DNA of 50,756 nt from the NCBI GenBank assembly GCA_002189035.1, contig NEEC01000232.1:1-50756 (forward strand), in the 5' to 3' direction. Every line of letters begins with the position of its first letter. The stretch's first letter is position 1. This document shows, piece by piece, positions 22,338 through 35,959 of the stretch. Under the pieces are notes generated by a model that was not told the DNA's origin, did no database searches, and was given only the letters and a program-made list of their open reading frames with translations. The translations under genes and the position numbers were made by a program. This DNA comes from Utricularia gibba. Taxonomy: Eukaryota > Plantae > Magnoliophyta.

Positions 22338-24240
22338 CCTACTCGACGAAAATCGTGATGCAGTTATTGAAGTTAGGATTTCATGAGCACCCAAAATGGT
22401 TTTCTCAACCGCATGCTTTATATTTGATAGGCGCTCTCGTGGGGCAACGGTATCGAGCAGGAGGTCGAGTCGAGCTCGGGCCCAGTCATAGGTTCGTAGC
22501 CCGGCAAGCCCGGCAAAAACGTTGGTTTAATTGATGCATTTATTAACGTTCTGGCTTTATTAGGCTGCCTACATGTTTCTCAAGGAAAAGCTTGTCGTTT
22601 CTGGCGGGTGATGTCGTTGGAACTTCGTTCTGACCCAAGGTTCTCACCGTCTGACTCCTTTGCCACATCGGGCCCATCCTACTCGACGAAAATCGTGATG
22701 CAGTTATTGAAGTTAGGATTCATGAGCACCCAAAATGGTTTTCTCAACCGCATGCTTTATATTTGAGGAGGCGCTCTCGTGGGGCAACGGTATCGAGCAG
22801 GAGGTCGAGTCGAGCTCGGCCCATAGTCATTTGTAGCTCGGCAAAAAACTTGATGCATTTATTAACGTTGGGTTTTAATAGGCTGCTGACTAATGGTTTC
22901 TCAAGGAAAAGCTTGTCGTTTTTGGGCGGGTGATGTCGTTGTGAACTTCGTTCTGACCCAAGGTTCGGTCTGTCTCCTTTGCCACATCGGTCCTACTCGA
23001 CGAAAATCGTGATGCAGTTATTGAAGTTAGGATTTCATGAGCACCCAAAATGGTTTTCTCAACCGCATGCTTTATATTTGATAGGCGCTCTCGGGGCAAA
23101 AAAATGATGCGGTATCGTGGTCGAGTCGGAACTTCGCTCGCCCAGAGTCATTTTTAGCCGGCAAAAAATTGATGCATTTATTAACGTTGGGTTTTAATAG
23201 GCTTTTCTCAAGGAAAAGCTTGTCGTTTTGGGCGGGTGATGTCTTTTGGAACTTCGTTCTGACCAAGGTTCGGTCTGACTCCTTTGCCACATCGGGTCCT
23301 ACTCGACGAAAATCGTGATGCAGTTATTGAAGTTAGGATTTCATGAGCACCCAAAATGCTTTTGTCAACGCATGCTTTGTAGTTGAGGAGGCGCTCTAGT
23401 GGGGCACGGTATCGGCAAAGGTCGAGTCGGCTCGCTCCCCAGAGTCATTTTTAGCCGCAAAAAAAGTGATGCATTTATTAACGTTGGGTTTTAATAGGCT
23501 GCCTACATGGTTTCTCAAGGAAAAGCTTGTCGTTTCTGGGCGGTGATGTCTTTTGGAACTTCGTTCTGACCATGGTTCGGTCTGACTCCTTTGCCACATC
23601 GGGTCCTACTCGACGAAAATCGTGATGCAGTTATTGAAGTTAGGATTTCATGAGCACCCAAAATGGTTTTCTCAACCGCATGCTTTATATTTGATAAGGT
23701 ATCGAGCTCTCGTGGGGCAACGGTATCGAGCAGGAGGTCGAGTCGAGCTCGGGCCCATAGTCATTTGTAGCTCGGCAAAAAACTTGATGCATTTATTAAC
23801 GGCAAAAAACTTGGTTTTAATAGGCTGCCTCAATGGTTTTCTCAAGGAAAAGCTTGTCGTTTTGGGCGGGTGATGTCGTTGTGAACTTCGTTCTGACCCA
23901 AGGTTCGGTCTGTCTCCTTTGCCAATCGGTCCTACTCGACGAAAATCGTGATGCAGTTATTGAAGTTAGGATTCATGAGCACCCAAAATGGTTTTCTCAA
24001 CGCATGCTTTATATTGATAAGGCCTCTCGTGGGGCAACGGTATCGAGCAGGAGGTCGAGTCGAGCTCGGGAGTCATTTGTAGCCGGCAAAAAATTGATGC
24101 ATTTATTAACGTTGGTTTATTAGGCTGCCTACATGTTTCTCAAGGAAAAGCTTGTCGTTTCGAGTGGGCGGGTGATGTCGTTTTGGCTGCCTAACTTCGT
24201 TCTGACCAAGGTTCGGTCTGACTCCTTTGCCACATCGGGT
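22338..24240 (+). other. Disordered zone: monomers carrying short ectopic fragments of the repeat itself (lengths 340, 314, 306, 307, 326, 310 bp)
   Basis: Examples: AGCCCGGCA tandemly duplicated at 22498-22515; TTCTCACCG and GGGCCCAT inserted at ~22641-22677; CAAAAAAATGATGC misplaced at ~23097-23110; GGCAAAAAAC inserted at 23801-23810; CGAGT and GCTGCCT inserted at ~24161-24192. Confidence 0.85.
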
Positions 24241-27200
24241 CCTACTCGACGAAAATCGTGATGCAGTTATTGAAGTTAGGATATCATGAGCACCCAAAAT
24301 GGTTTTCTCAACCGCATGCTTTATATTTGATAAGGCACTCTCGTGGGCAACGGTATCGAGTAGGAGGTCGAGTCGAGCTCGGGCCCAGAGTCATTTGTAG
24401 CCCGGCAAAAAATTGATGCATTTATTAACGTTCGGCTTTATTAGGCTGCCTACATAGTTTCTCAAGGAAAAGCTTGTTTCTGGGCGGGTGATGTCGTTGG
24501 AACTTCGTTCTGACCAAGGTTCGGTCTGACTCCTTTGCCACATCGGGTCCTACTCGACGAAAATCGTGATGCAGTTATTGAAGTTAGGATTCATGAGCAC
24601 CCAAAATGGTTTTCTCAACCGCATGCTTTATATTTAAGGTGCTCTCGTGGGGCAACGGTATCGAGTAGGAGGTCGAGTCGAGCTCGGGCCCATAGTCATT
24701 TGTAGCTCGGCAAAAAACTTGATGCATTTATTAACGTTGGTTTAATAGGCTGCCTAATGGTTTTCTCAAGGAAAAGCTTGTCGTTTTGGGCGGGTGATGT
24801 CGTTGTGAACTTCGTTCTGACCCAAGGTTCGGTCTGACTCCTTTGCCAAATCGGGTCCTACTCGACGAAAATCGTGATGCAGTTATTGAAGTTAGGATTC
24901 ATGAGCACCCAAAATGGTTTTTCTCAACCGCATGCTTTATATTTGATAAGGCGCTCTCGTGGGGCAACGGTATCGAGCAGGAGGTCGAGTCGAGCTCGGG
25001 CCCATAGTCATTTGTAGCCGGCAAAAAACTTGATGCATTTATTAACGTTGGTTTTAATAGGCTGCCTACATGGTTTCTCAAGGAAAAGCTTGTCGTTTCT
25101 GGGCGGGTGATGTCTTTTGGAACTTCGTTCTGACAAGGTTCGGTCTGACTCCTTTGCCACATCGGGTCCTACTCGACGAAAATCGTGATGCAGTTATTGA
25201 AGTTAGGATTTCATGAGCACCCAAAATGGTTTTCTCAACCGCATGCTTTATATTTGATAAGGCGCTCTCGTGGGGCAACGGTATCGAGCAGGAGGTCGAG
25301 TCGAGCTCGGGCCCATAGTCATTTGTAGCTCGGCAAAAAACTTGATGCATTTATTAACGTTGGGTTTTAATAGCCCTACATTGTTTTCTCAAGGAAAAGC
25401 TTGTCGTTTTTGGGCGGGTGATTTCGTTGTGAACTTCGTTCTGACCCAAGGTTCGGTCTGTCTCCTTTGCCAATCTGGTCCTACTCGACGAAAATCGTGA
25501 TGCAGTTATTGAAGTTAGGATTTCATGAGCACCCAAAATGGTTTTCTCAACCGCATGCTTTATATTTGATAAGGTGCTCTCGTGGGGCAACGGTATCGAG
25601 TAGGAGGTCGAGTCGAGCTCGGGCCCATAGTCATTTGTAGCTCGGCAAAAAACTTGATGCATTTATTAACGTTGGTTTTAATAGGCTGCCTAATGGTTTT
25701 CTCAAGGAAAAGCTTGTCGTTTTTGGCGGGTGATGTCGTTGTGAACTTCGTTCTGACCCAAGGTTCGGTCTGTCTCCTTTGCCAATCTGGTCCTACTCGA
25801 CGAAAATCGTGATGCAGTTATTGAAGTTAGGATTTCATGAGCACCCAAAATGCTTTTGTCAATCGCATGCTTTGTAGTTGAGGAGGCGCTCTAGTGGGGC
25901 ACGGTATCGGGCAAAAGGTCGAGTCGGGCTCGCCAGAGTCATTTTTAGCTGTCAAAAAGTGATGCATTTATTAACGTTGGGTTTTAATAGGCTGCCTACA
26001 TGGTTTCTCAAGGAAAAGCTTGTCGTTTCTGGCGGGTGATGTCTTTGGAACTTCGTTCTGACCATAGGTTCGGTCTGACTCCTTTGCCACATCGGGTCCT
26101 ACTCGACGAAAATCGTGATGCAGTTATTGAAGTTAGGATTTCATGAGCACCCAAAATGGTTTTCTCAACCGCATGCTTTATATTTGATAAGGTGCTCTCG
26201 TGGGGCAACGGTATCGAGTAGGAGGTCGAGTCGAGCTCGGGCCCATAGTCATTTGTAGCTCGGCAAAAAACTTGATGCATTTATTAACGGTTGGTTTTAA
26301 TAGGCTGCCTCAATGGTTTTCTCAAGGAAAAGCTTGTCGTTTTTGGGCGGGTGATGTCGTTGTGAACTTCGTTCTGACCCAAGGTTCGGTCTGTCTCCTT
26401 TGCCAAATCTGGTCCTACTCGACGAAAATCGTGATGCAGTTATTGAAGTTAGGATTTCATGAGCACCCAAAATGCTTTTCAATCGCATGCTTTGTAGTTG
26501 AGGAGGCGCTCTAGTGGGGCACGGTATCGGGCAAAAGGTCGAGTCGGGCTCGCTCCAGAGTCATTTTTAGCCTGTCAAAAAAGTGATGCATTTATTAACG
26601 TTGGGTTTTAATAGGCTGCCTACATGGTTTCTCAAGGAAAAGCTTGTCGTTTCTGGGCGGGTGATGTCTTTTGGAACTTCGTTCTGACCATAGGTTCGGT
26701 CTGACTCCTTTGCCACATCGGGTCCTACTCGACGAAAATCGTGATGCAGTTATTGAAGTTAGGATTTCATGAGCACCCAAAATGGTTTTCTCAACCGCAT
26801 GCTTTATATTTGATAAGGCGCTCTCGTGGGGCAACGGTATCGAGCAGGAGGTCGAGTCGAGCTCGGGCCCATAGTCATTTGTAGCCGGCAAAAAACTTGA
26901 TGCATTTATTAACGTTGGTTTAATAGGCTACATGTTTCTCAAGGAAAAGCTTGTCGTTTTTGGGCGGGTGATGTCGTTGGAACTTCGTTCTGACCAAGGT
27001 TCGGTCTGACTCCTTTGCCACATCGGTCCTACTCGACGAAAATCGTGATGCAGTTATTGAAGTTAGGATTTCATGAGCACCCAAAATGGTTTTCTCAACC
27101 GCATGCTTTATATTTGATAAGGTGCTCTCGTGGGGCAACGGTATCGAGTAGGAGGTCGAGTCGAGCTCGGGCCCATAGTCATTTGTAGCTCGGCAAAAAA

Positions 27201-30200
27201 CTTGATGCATTTATTAACGTTGGTTTTAATAGGCTGCCTCAATGGTTTTCTCAAGGAAAAGCTTGTCGTTTTTGGGCGGGTGATGTCGTTGTGAACTTCG
27301 TTCTGACCAAGGTTCGGTCTGTCTCCTTTGCCAAATCTGGTCCTACTCGACGAAAATCGTGATGCAGTTATTGAAGTTAGGATTTCATGAGCACCCAAAA
27401 TGCTTTTCAATCGCATGCTTTGTATTGAGGAGGCGCTCTAGTGGGGCACGGTATCGGCAAAAGGTCGAGTCGGGCTCGCTCCCAGAGTCATTTTTAGCCT
27501 GTCAAAAAAGTGATGCATTTATTAACGTTGGGTTTTAATAGGCTGCCTACATGGTTTCTCAAGGAAAAGCTTGTCGTTTCTGGGCGGGTGATGTCTTTTG
27601 GAACTTCGTTCTGACCATAGGTTCGGTCTGACTCCTTTGCCACATCGGGTCCTACTCGACGAAAATCGTGATGCAGTTATTGAAGTTAGGATTTCATGAG
27701 CACCCAAAATGGTTTTCTCAACCGCATGCTTTATATTTGATAAGGCACTCTCGTGGGGCAACGGTATCGAGCAGGAGGTCGAGTCGAGCTCGGGCCCAGA
27801 GTCATTTGTAGCCCGGCAAAAAAATTGATGCATTTATTAACGTTGGTTTATTAGGCTGCCTACATGTTTCTCAAGGAAAAGCTTGTCGTTTTGGGCGGGT
27901 GATGTCTTTGGAACTTCGTTCTGACCAAGGTTCGGTCTGACTCCTTTGCCACATCGGGTCCTACTCGACGAAAATCGTGATGCAGTTATTGAAGTTAGGA
28001 TTCATGAGCACCCAAAATGGTTTTCTCAACCGCATGCTTTATATTTGATAAGGCGCTCTCGTGGGGCAACGGTATCGAGCAGGAGGTCGAGTCGAGCTCG
28101 GGTCATTTGTAGCCCGGCAAAAAATTGATGCATTTATTAACGTTGGTTTTAATAGGCTGCCTACATGGTTTTCTCAAGGAAAAGCTTGTCGTTTCTGGGC
28201 GGGTGATGTCGTTGAACTTCGTTCTGACCCAAGGTTCGTCTGACTCCTTTGCCACATCGGGTCCTACTCGACGAAAATCGTGATGCAGTTATTGAAGTTA
28301 GGATTCATGAGCACCCAAAATGGTTTTCTCAACGCATGCTTTATATTTGAGGAGGCGCTCTCGTGGGGCAACGGTATCGAGCAGGAGGTCGAGTCGAGCT
28401 CGGGCCCATAGTCATTTGTAGCTCGGCAAAAAACTTGATGCATTTATTAACGTTGGGTTTTAATAGGCTGCCTACATGGTTTCTCAAGGAAAAGCTTGTC
28501 GTTTGGGGCGGGTGATGTCTTGAACTTCGTTCTGACCAAGGTTCGGTCTGACTCCTTTGCCACATCGGGTCCTACTCGACGAAAATCGTGATGCAGTTAT
28601 TGAAGTTAGGATTTCATGAGCACCCAAAATGGTTTTCTCAACCGCATGCTTTATATTTGATAAGGCTCTCGTGGGGCACGGTATCGAGTAGGAGGTCGAG
28701 TCGAGCTCGGGCCCATAGTCATTTGTAGCTCGGCAAAAAACTTGATGCATTTATTAACGGTTGGTTTTAATAGGCTGCCTCAATGGTTTTCTCAAGGAAA
28801 AGCTTGTCGTTTTGGGCGGGTGATGTCGTTGTGAACTTCGTTCTGACCCAAGGTTCGGTCTGTCTCCTTTGCCAAGGTCCTACTCGACGAAATCGTGATG
28901 CAGTTATTGAAGTTAGGATTTCATGAGCACCCAAAATGCTTTTGTCAATCGCATGCTTTGTATTGAGGAGGCTCTAGTGGGGCAACGGTATCGGGCAAAA
29001 GGTCGAGTCGGGCTCGCTCCCAGAGTCATTTTTAGCCTGTCAAAAAAAGTGATGCATTTATTAACGTTGGGTTTTAATAGGCTGCCTACATGGTTTCTCA
29101 AGGAAAAGCTTGTCGTTTCTGGGCGGGTGATGTCTTTTGGAACTTCGTTCTGACCATAGGTTCGGTCTGACTCCTTTGCCACATCGGGTCCTACTCGACG
29201 AAAATCGTGATGCAGTTATTGAAGTTAGGATTGAGCACCCAAAATGGTTTTCTCAACCGCATGCTTTATATTTGATAAGGCACTCTCGTGGGGCAACGGT
29301 ATCGAGCAGGAGGTCGAGTCGAGCTCGGGCCCAGAGTCATTTGTAGCCCGGCAAAAAAATTGATGCATTTATTAACGTTGGTTTAATAGGCTGCCTACAT
29401 GTTTCTCAAGGAAAAGCTTGTCGTTTCTGGGCGGGTGATGTCTTTGAACTTCGTTCTGACCAAGGTTCGGTCTGACTCCTTTGCCACATCGGGTCCTACT
29501 CGACGAAAATCGTGATGCAGTTATTGAAGTTAGGATTCATGAGCACCAAAATGGTTTTCTCAACCGCATGCTTTATATTTGATAAGGCACTCTCGTGGGG
29601 CAACGGTATCGAGCAGGAGGTCGAGTCGAGCTCGGGCCAGTCATTTGTAGCCCGGCAAAAAAATTGATGCATTTATTAACGTTGGTTTATTAGGCTGCCT
29701 ACATGTTTCTCAAGGAAAAGCTTGTCGTTTCTGGCGGGTGATGTCGTTGGGAACTTCGTTCTGACCCAAGGTTCGTCTGACTCCTTTGCCACATCGGGTC
29801 CTACTCGACGAAAATCGTGATGCAGTTATTGAAGTTAGGATTCATGAGCACCCAAAATGGTTTTCTCAACCGCATGCTTTATATTTGAGGGGCGCTCTCG
29901 TGGGGCAACGGTATCGAGCAGGAGGTCGAGTCGCTCGGGCCCATAGTCATTTGTAGCTCGGCAAAAAACTTGATGCATTTATTAACGTTGGGTTTTAATA
30001 GGCTGCCTCAATGGTTTCTCAAGGAAAAGCTTGTCGTTTCTGGGCGGGTGATGTCTTTGAACTTCGTTCTGACCAAGGTTCGGTCTGACTCCTTTGCCAC
30101 ATCGGGTCCTACTCGACGAAAATCGTGATGCAGTTATTGAAGTTAGGATTCATGAGCACCCAAAATGGTTTTCTCAACCGCATGCTTTATATTTGATAAG

Positions 30201-33200
30201 GTGCTCTCGTGGGGCAACGGTATCGAGAGGTCGAGTCGAGCTCGGGCCCATAGTCATTTGTAGCTCGGCAAAAACTTGATGCATTTATTAACGTTGGTTT
30301 TAATAGGCTGCCTCAATGGTTTTCTCAAGGAAAAGCTTGTCGTTTTTGGGCGGGTGATGTCGTTGTGAACTTCGTTCTGACCCAAGGTTCGGTCTGTCTC
30401 CTTTGCCAATCGGTCCTACTCGACGAAAATCGTGATGCAGTTATTGAAGTTAGGATTTCATGAGCACCCAAAATGGTTTTCAACGCATGCTTTATATTTG
30501 GAGGCGCTCTCGTGGGACGGTATCGGGCAAAAGGTCGAGTCGAGCTCGGCCCAGAGTCATTTGTAGCCGGCAAAAAAAGTTGATGCATTTATTAACGTTG
30601 GGTTTTAATAGGCTGCCTACATGGTTTCTCAAGGAAAAGCTTGTCGTTTTTGGCGGGTGATGTCGTTGGGAACTTCGTTCTGACCCAAGGTTCGTCTGAC
30701 TCCTTTGCCACATCGGGTCCTACTCGACGAAAATCGTGATGCAGTTATTGAAGTTAGGATTTCATGAGCACCCAAAATGGTTTTCTCAACCGCATGCTTT
30801 TGAGGAGGCGCTCTCGTGGGGCAACGGTATCGAGCAGGAGGTCGAGTCGAGCTCGGGCCCATAGTCATTTGTAGCTCGGCAAAAAACTTGATGCATTATT
30901 AACGTTGGTTTTAATAGGCTGCCTACATGTTTTCTCAAGGAAAAAGCTTGTCGTTTTTGGGCGGTGATGTCGTTGGAACTTCGTTCTGACCCAAGGTTCG
31001 GTCTGACTCCTTTGCCAAATCGGTCCTACTCGACGAAAATCGTGATGCAGTTATTGAAGTTAGGATTTCATGAGCACCCAAAATGGTTTTCTCAACCGCA
31101 TGCTTTATATTTGATAAGGTGCTCTCGTGGGGCAACGGTATCGAGTAGGAGGTCGAGTCGAGCTCGGGCCCATAGTCATTTGTAGCTCGGCAAAAAACTT
31201 GATGCATTTATTAACGGTTGGTTTTAATAGGCTGCCTCAATGGTTTCTCAAGGAAAAGCTTGTCGTTTTTGGGCGGGTGATGTCGTTGTGAACTTCGTTC
31301 TGACCCAAGGTTCGGTCTGTCTTTGCCAAATCGGTCCTACTCGACGAAAATCGTGATGCAGTTATTGAAGTTAGGATTTCATGAGCACCCCAAAATGCTT
31401 TTCAATCGCATGCTTTGTAGTTGAGGAGGCGCTCTAGTGGGGCACGGTATCGGCAAAAGGTCGAGTCGGGCTCGCTCCAGAGTCATTTTTAGCCTGTCAA
31501 AAAAATGATGCATTTATTAACGTTGGGTTTTAATAGGCTGCCTACATGGTTTCTCAAGGAAAAGCTTGTCGTTTCTGGGCGGGTGATGTCTTTTGGAACT
31601 TCGTTCTGACCATAGGTTCGGTCTGACTCCTTTGCCACATCGGGTCCTACTCGACGAAAATCGTGATGCAGTTATTGAAGTTAGGATTTCATGAGCACCC
31701 AAAATGGTTTTCTCAACCGCATGCTTTATATTTGATAAGGTGCTCTCGTGGGGCAACGGTATCGAGTAGGAGGTCGAGTCGAGCTCGGGCCCATAGTCAT
31801 TTGTAGCTCGGCAAAAAACTTGATGCATTTATTAACGGTTGGTTTTAATAGGCTGCCTCAATGGTTTTCTCAAGGAAAAGCTTGTCGTTTTTGGGCGGGT
31901 GATGTCGTTGTGAACTTCGTTCTGACCCAAGGTTCGGTCTGTCTCCTTTGCCAAATCGGTCCTACTCGACGAAAATCGTGATGCAGTTATTGAAGTTAGG
32001 ATTTCATGAGCACCCAAAATGGTTTTCTCAACGCATGCTTTATATTTGAGGAGGCGCTCTCGTGGGCACGGTATCGGCAGGTCGAGTCGAGCTCGGCCCA
32101 GAGTCATTTGTAGCCGGCAAAAAATTGATGCATTTATTAACGTTGGTTTATTAGGCTGCCTACATGTTTCTCAAGGAAAAGCTTGTCGTTTCTGGGCGGG
32201 TGATGTCGTTGGGAACTTCGTTCTGACCAAGGTTCGGTCTGACTCCTTTGCCAGGTCCTACTCGACGAAAATCGTGATGCAGTTATTGAAGTTAGGATTT
32301 CATGAGCACCCAAAATGGTTTTCTCAACCGCATGCTTTATATTTGATAGGCGCTCTCGTGGGGCAACGGTATCGAGGGAGGTCGAGTCGAGCTCGGGCCG
32401 AGTCATTTGTAGCCCGGCAAAAAAATTGATGCATTTATTAACGTTGGTTTATTAGGCTGCCTACATGTTTCTCAAGGAAAAGCTTGTCGTTTTGGGCGGG
32501 TGATGTCGTTGGGAACTTCGTTCTGACCCAAGGTTCGTCTGACTCCTTTGCCACATCGGGTCCTACTCGACGAAAATCGTGATGCAGTTATTGAAGTTAG
32601 GATTCATGAGCACCCAAAATGGTTTTCTCAACCGCATGCTTTATATTTGAGGAGGCGCTCTCGTGGGGCAACGGTATCGAGCAGGTCGAGTCGAGCTCGG
32701 CTAGTCATTTGTAGCTCGGCAAAAAACTTGATGCATTAATTAACGTTGGGTTTTAATAGGCTGCCTACATGTTTTTTCTCAAGGAAAAGCTTGTCGTTTT
32801 TGGGCGGGTGATGTCGTTGGAACTTCGTTCTGACCAAGGTTCGGTCTGACTCCTTTGCCAATCGGTCCTACTCGACGAAATCGTGATGCAGTTATTGAAG
32901 TTAGGATTTCATGAGCACCCAAAATGGTTTTCTCAACCGCATGCTTTATATTTGATAAGGTGCTCTCGTGGGCAACGGTATCGAGCAGGAGGTCGAGTCG
33001 AGCTCGGGCCCAGTCATTTGTAGCTCGGCAAAAAACTTGATGCATTTATTAACGTTGGTTTTAATAGGCTGCCTCAATGGTTTTCTCAAGGAAAAGCTTG
33101 TCGTTTTGGGCGGGTGATGTCGTTGTGGAACTTCGTTCTGACCCAAGGTTCGGTCTGTCTCCTTTGCCAAATCTGGTCCTACTCGACGAAAATCGTGATG

Positions 33201-35332
33201 CAGTTATTGAAGTTAGGATTTCATGAGCACCCAAAATGCTTTTCAATCGCATGCTTTGTATTGAGGAGGCGCTCTAGTGGGGCACGGTATCGGGCAAAAG
33301 GTCGAGTCGGGCTCGCTCCCAGAGTCATTTTTAGCCGTCAAAAAAAGTTGATGCATTTATTAACGTTGGGTTTTAATAGGCTGCCTACATGGTTTTCTCA
33401 AGGAAAAGCTTGTCGTTTCTGGCGGGTGATGTCTTTTGAACTTCGTTCTGACCAAGGTTCGGTCTGACTCCTTTGCCACATCGGTCCTACTCGACGAAAA
33501 TCGTGATGCAGTTATTGAAGTTAGGATTTCATGAGCACCCAAAATGGTTTTCTCAACCGCATGCTTTATATTTGATAAGGGCTCTCGTGGGGCAACGGTA
33601 TCGAGTAGGAGGTCGAGTCGAGCTCGGGCCCATAGTCATTTGTAGCTCGGCAAAAAATTGATGCATTTATTAACGTTGGTTTTAATAGGCTGCCTACATG
33701 TTTCTCAAGGAAAAGCTTGTCGTTTTGGGCGGGTGATGTCGTTGGGAACTTCGTTCTGACCAAGGTTCGGTCTGACTCCTTTGCCAATCGGTCCTACTCG
33801 ACGAAAATCGTGATGCAGTTATTGAAGTTAGGATTCATGAGCACCCAAAATGGTTTTCTCAACGCATGCTTTATATTGATAGGCGCTCTCGTGGGGCACG
33901 GTATCGGCAGGAGGTCGAGTCGAGCTCGGCCCAGAGTCATTTGTAGCCGGCAAAAAAAAGATGCATTTATTAACGTTGGTTTTAATAGGCTGCCTACATG
34001 GTTTCTCAAGGAAAAGCTTGTCGTTTTTGGGCGGGTGATGTCTTTTGAACTTCGTTCTGACCATAGGTTCGGTCTGACTCCTTTGCCACATCGGGTCCTA
34101 CTCGACGAAAATCGTGATGCAGTTATTGAAGTTAGGATTCATGAGCACCCAAAATGGTTTTCTCAACCGCATGCTTTATATTTGATAAGGCGCTCTCGTG
34201 GGCAACGGTATCGAGCAGGAGGTCGAGTCGAGCTCGGCCCAAGTCATTTGTAGCCGGCAAAAAAATTGATGCATTTATTAACGTTGGTTTTATTAGGCTG
34301 CCTACATGTTTCTCAAGGAAAAGCTTGTCGTTTCTGGCGGGTGATGTCGTTGGGAACTTCGTTCTGACCAAGGTTCGGTCTGACTCCTTTGCCACATCGG
34401 GTCCTACTCGACGAAAATCGTGATGCAGTTATTGAAGTTAGGATTCATGAGCACCCAAAATGGTTTTCTCAACCGCATGCTTTATATTTGATAAGGCGCT
34501 CTCGTGGGGCAACGGTATCGAGCAGGAGGTCGAGTCGAGCTCGGGCCCATAGTCATTTGTAGCTCGGCAAAAAACTTGATGCATTTATTAACGTTGGGTT
34601 TTAATAGGCCTACATGTTTTCTCAAGGAAAAGCTTGTCGTTTTTGGGCGGGTGATGTCGTTGTGAACTTCGTTCTGACCCAAGGTTCGGTCTGTCTCCTT
34701 TGCCACATCGGTCCTACTCGACGAAAATCGTGATGCAGTTTTGAAGTTAGGATTTCATGAGCACCCAAAATGGTTTTCTCAACCGCATGCTTTATATTTG
34801 ATAAGGTGCTCTCGTGGGCAACGGTATCGAGCAGGAGGTCGAGTCGAGCTCGGGCCCATAGTCATTTGTAGCTCGGCAAAAAACTTGATGCATTTATTAA
34901 CGGTTGGTTTTAATAGGCTGCCTCAATGGTTTTCTCAAGGAAAAGCTTGTCGTTTTTGGGCGGGTGATGTCGTTGTGAACTTCGTTCTGACCAAGGTTCG
35001 GTCTGTCTCCTTTGCCAATCTGGTCCTACTCGACGAAAATCGTGATGCAGTTATTGAAGTTAGGATTTCATGAGCACCCAAAATGCTTTTGTCAATCGCA
35101 TGCTTTGTAGTTGAGGAGGCGCTCTAGTGGGGCACGGTATCGAAAGGTCGAGTCGGGCTCGCTCCCAGAGTCATTTTTAGCCTGTCAAAAAAGTGATGCA
35201 TTTATTAACGTTGGGTTTTAATAGGCTGCCTACATGTTTTCTCAAGGAAAAGCTTGTCGTTTCTGGGGGGTGATGTCTTTTGGAACTTCGTTCTGACCAT
35301 AGGTTCGGTCTGACTCCTTTGCCACATCGGGT

Positions 35333-35959
35333 CCTACTCGACGAAAATCGTGATGCAGTTATTGAAGTTAGGATTTCATGAGCACCCAAAATGGTTTTCT
35401 CAACCGCATGCTTTATATTTGATAAGGTGCTCTCGTGGGGCAACGGTATCGAGTAGGAGGTCGAGTCGAGCTCGGGCCCATAGTCATTTGTAGCTCGGCA
35501 AAAAACTTGATGCATTTATTAACGGTTGGTTTTAATAGCTGCCTCAATGGTTTCTCAAGGAAAAGCTTGTCGTTTTTGGGCGGGTGATGTCGTTGTGAAC
35601 TTCGTTCTGACCCAAGGTTCGGTCTGTCTCCTTTGCCAAATCTGGTCCTACTCGACGAAAATCGTGATGCAGTTATTGAAGTTAGGATTTCATGAGCACC
35701 CAAAATGCTTTTGTCAATCGCATGCTTTGTAGTTGAGGAGGCGCTCTAGTGGGGCACGGTATCGGGCAAAAGGTCGAGTCGGGCTCGCTCCCAGAGTCAT
35801 TTTTAGCCTGTCAAAAAAAGTGATGCATTTATTAACGTTGGGTTTTAATAGGCTGCCTACATGGTTTCTCAAGGAAAAGCTTGTCGTTTCTGGGCGGGTG
35901 ATGTCTTTTGGAACTTCGTTCTGACCATAGGTTCGGTCTGACTCCTTTGCCACATCGGT
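35333..35959 (+). repeat. Clean C-D dimer (627 bp)
   Basis: Anchors 35333 (C, 314 bp), 35647 (D, 313 bp), 35960. The C-D dimer at 26098-26723 is similar (626 bp). Confidence 0.85.
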
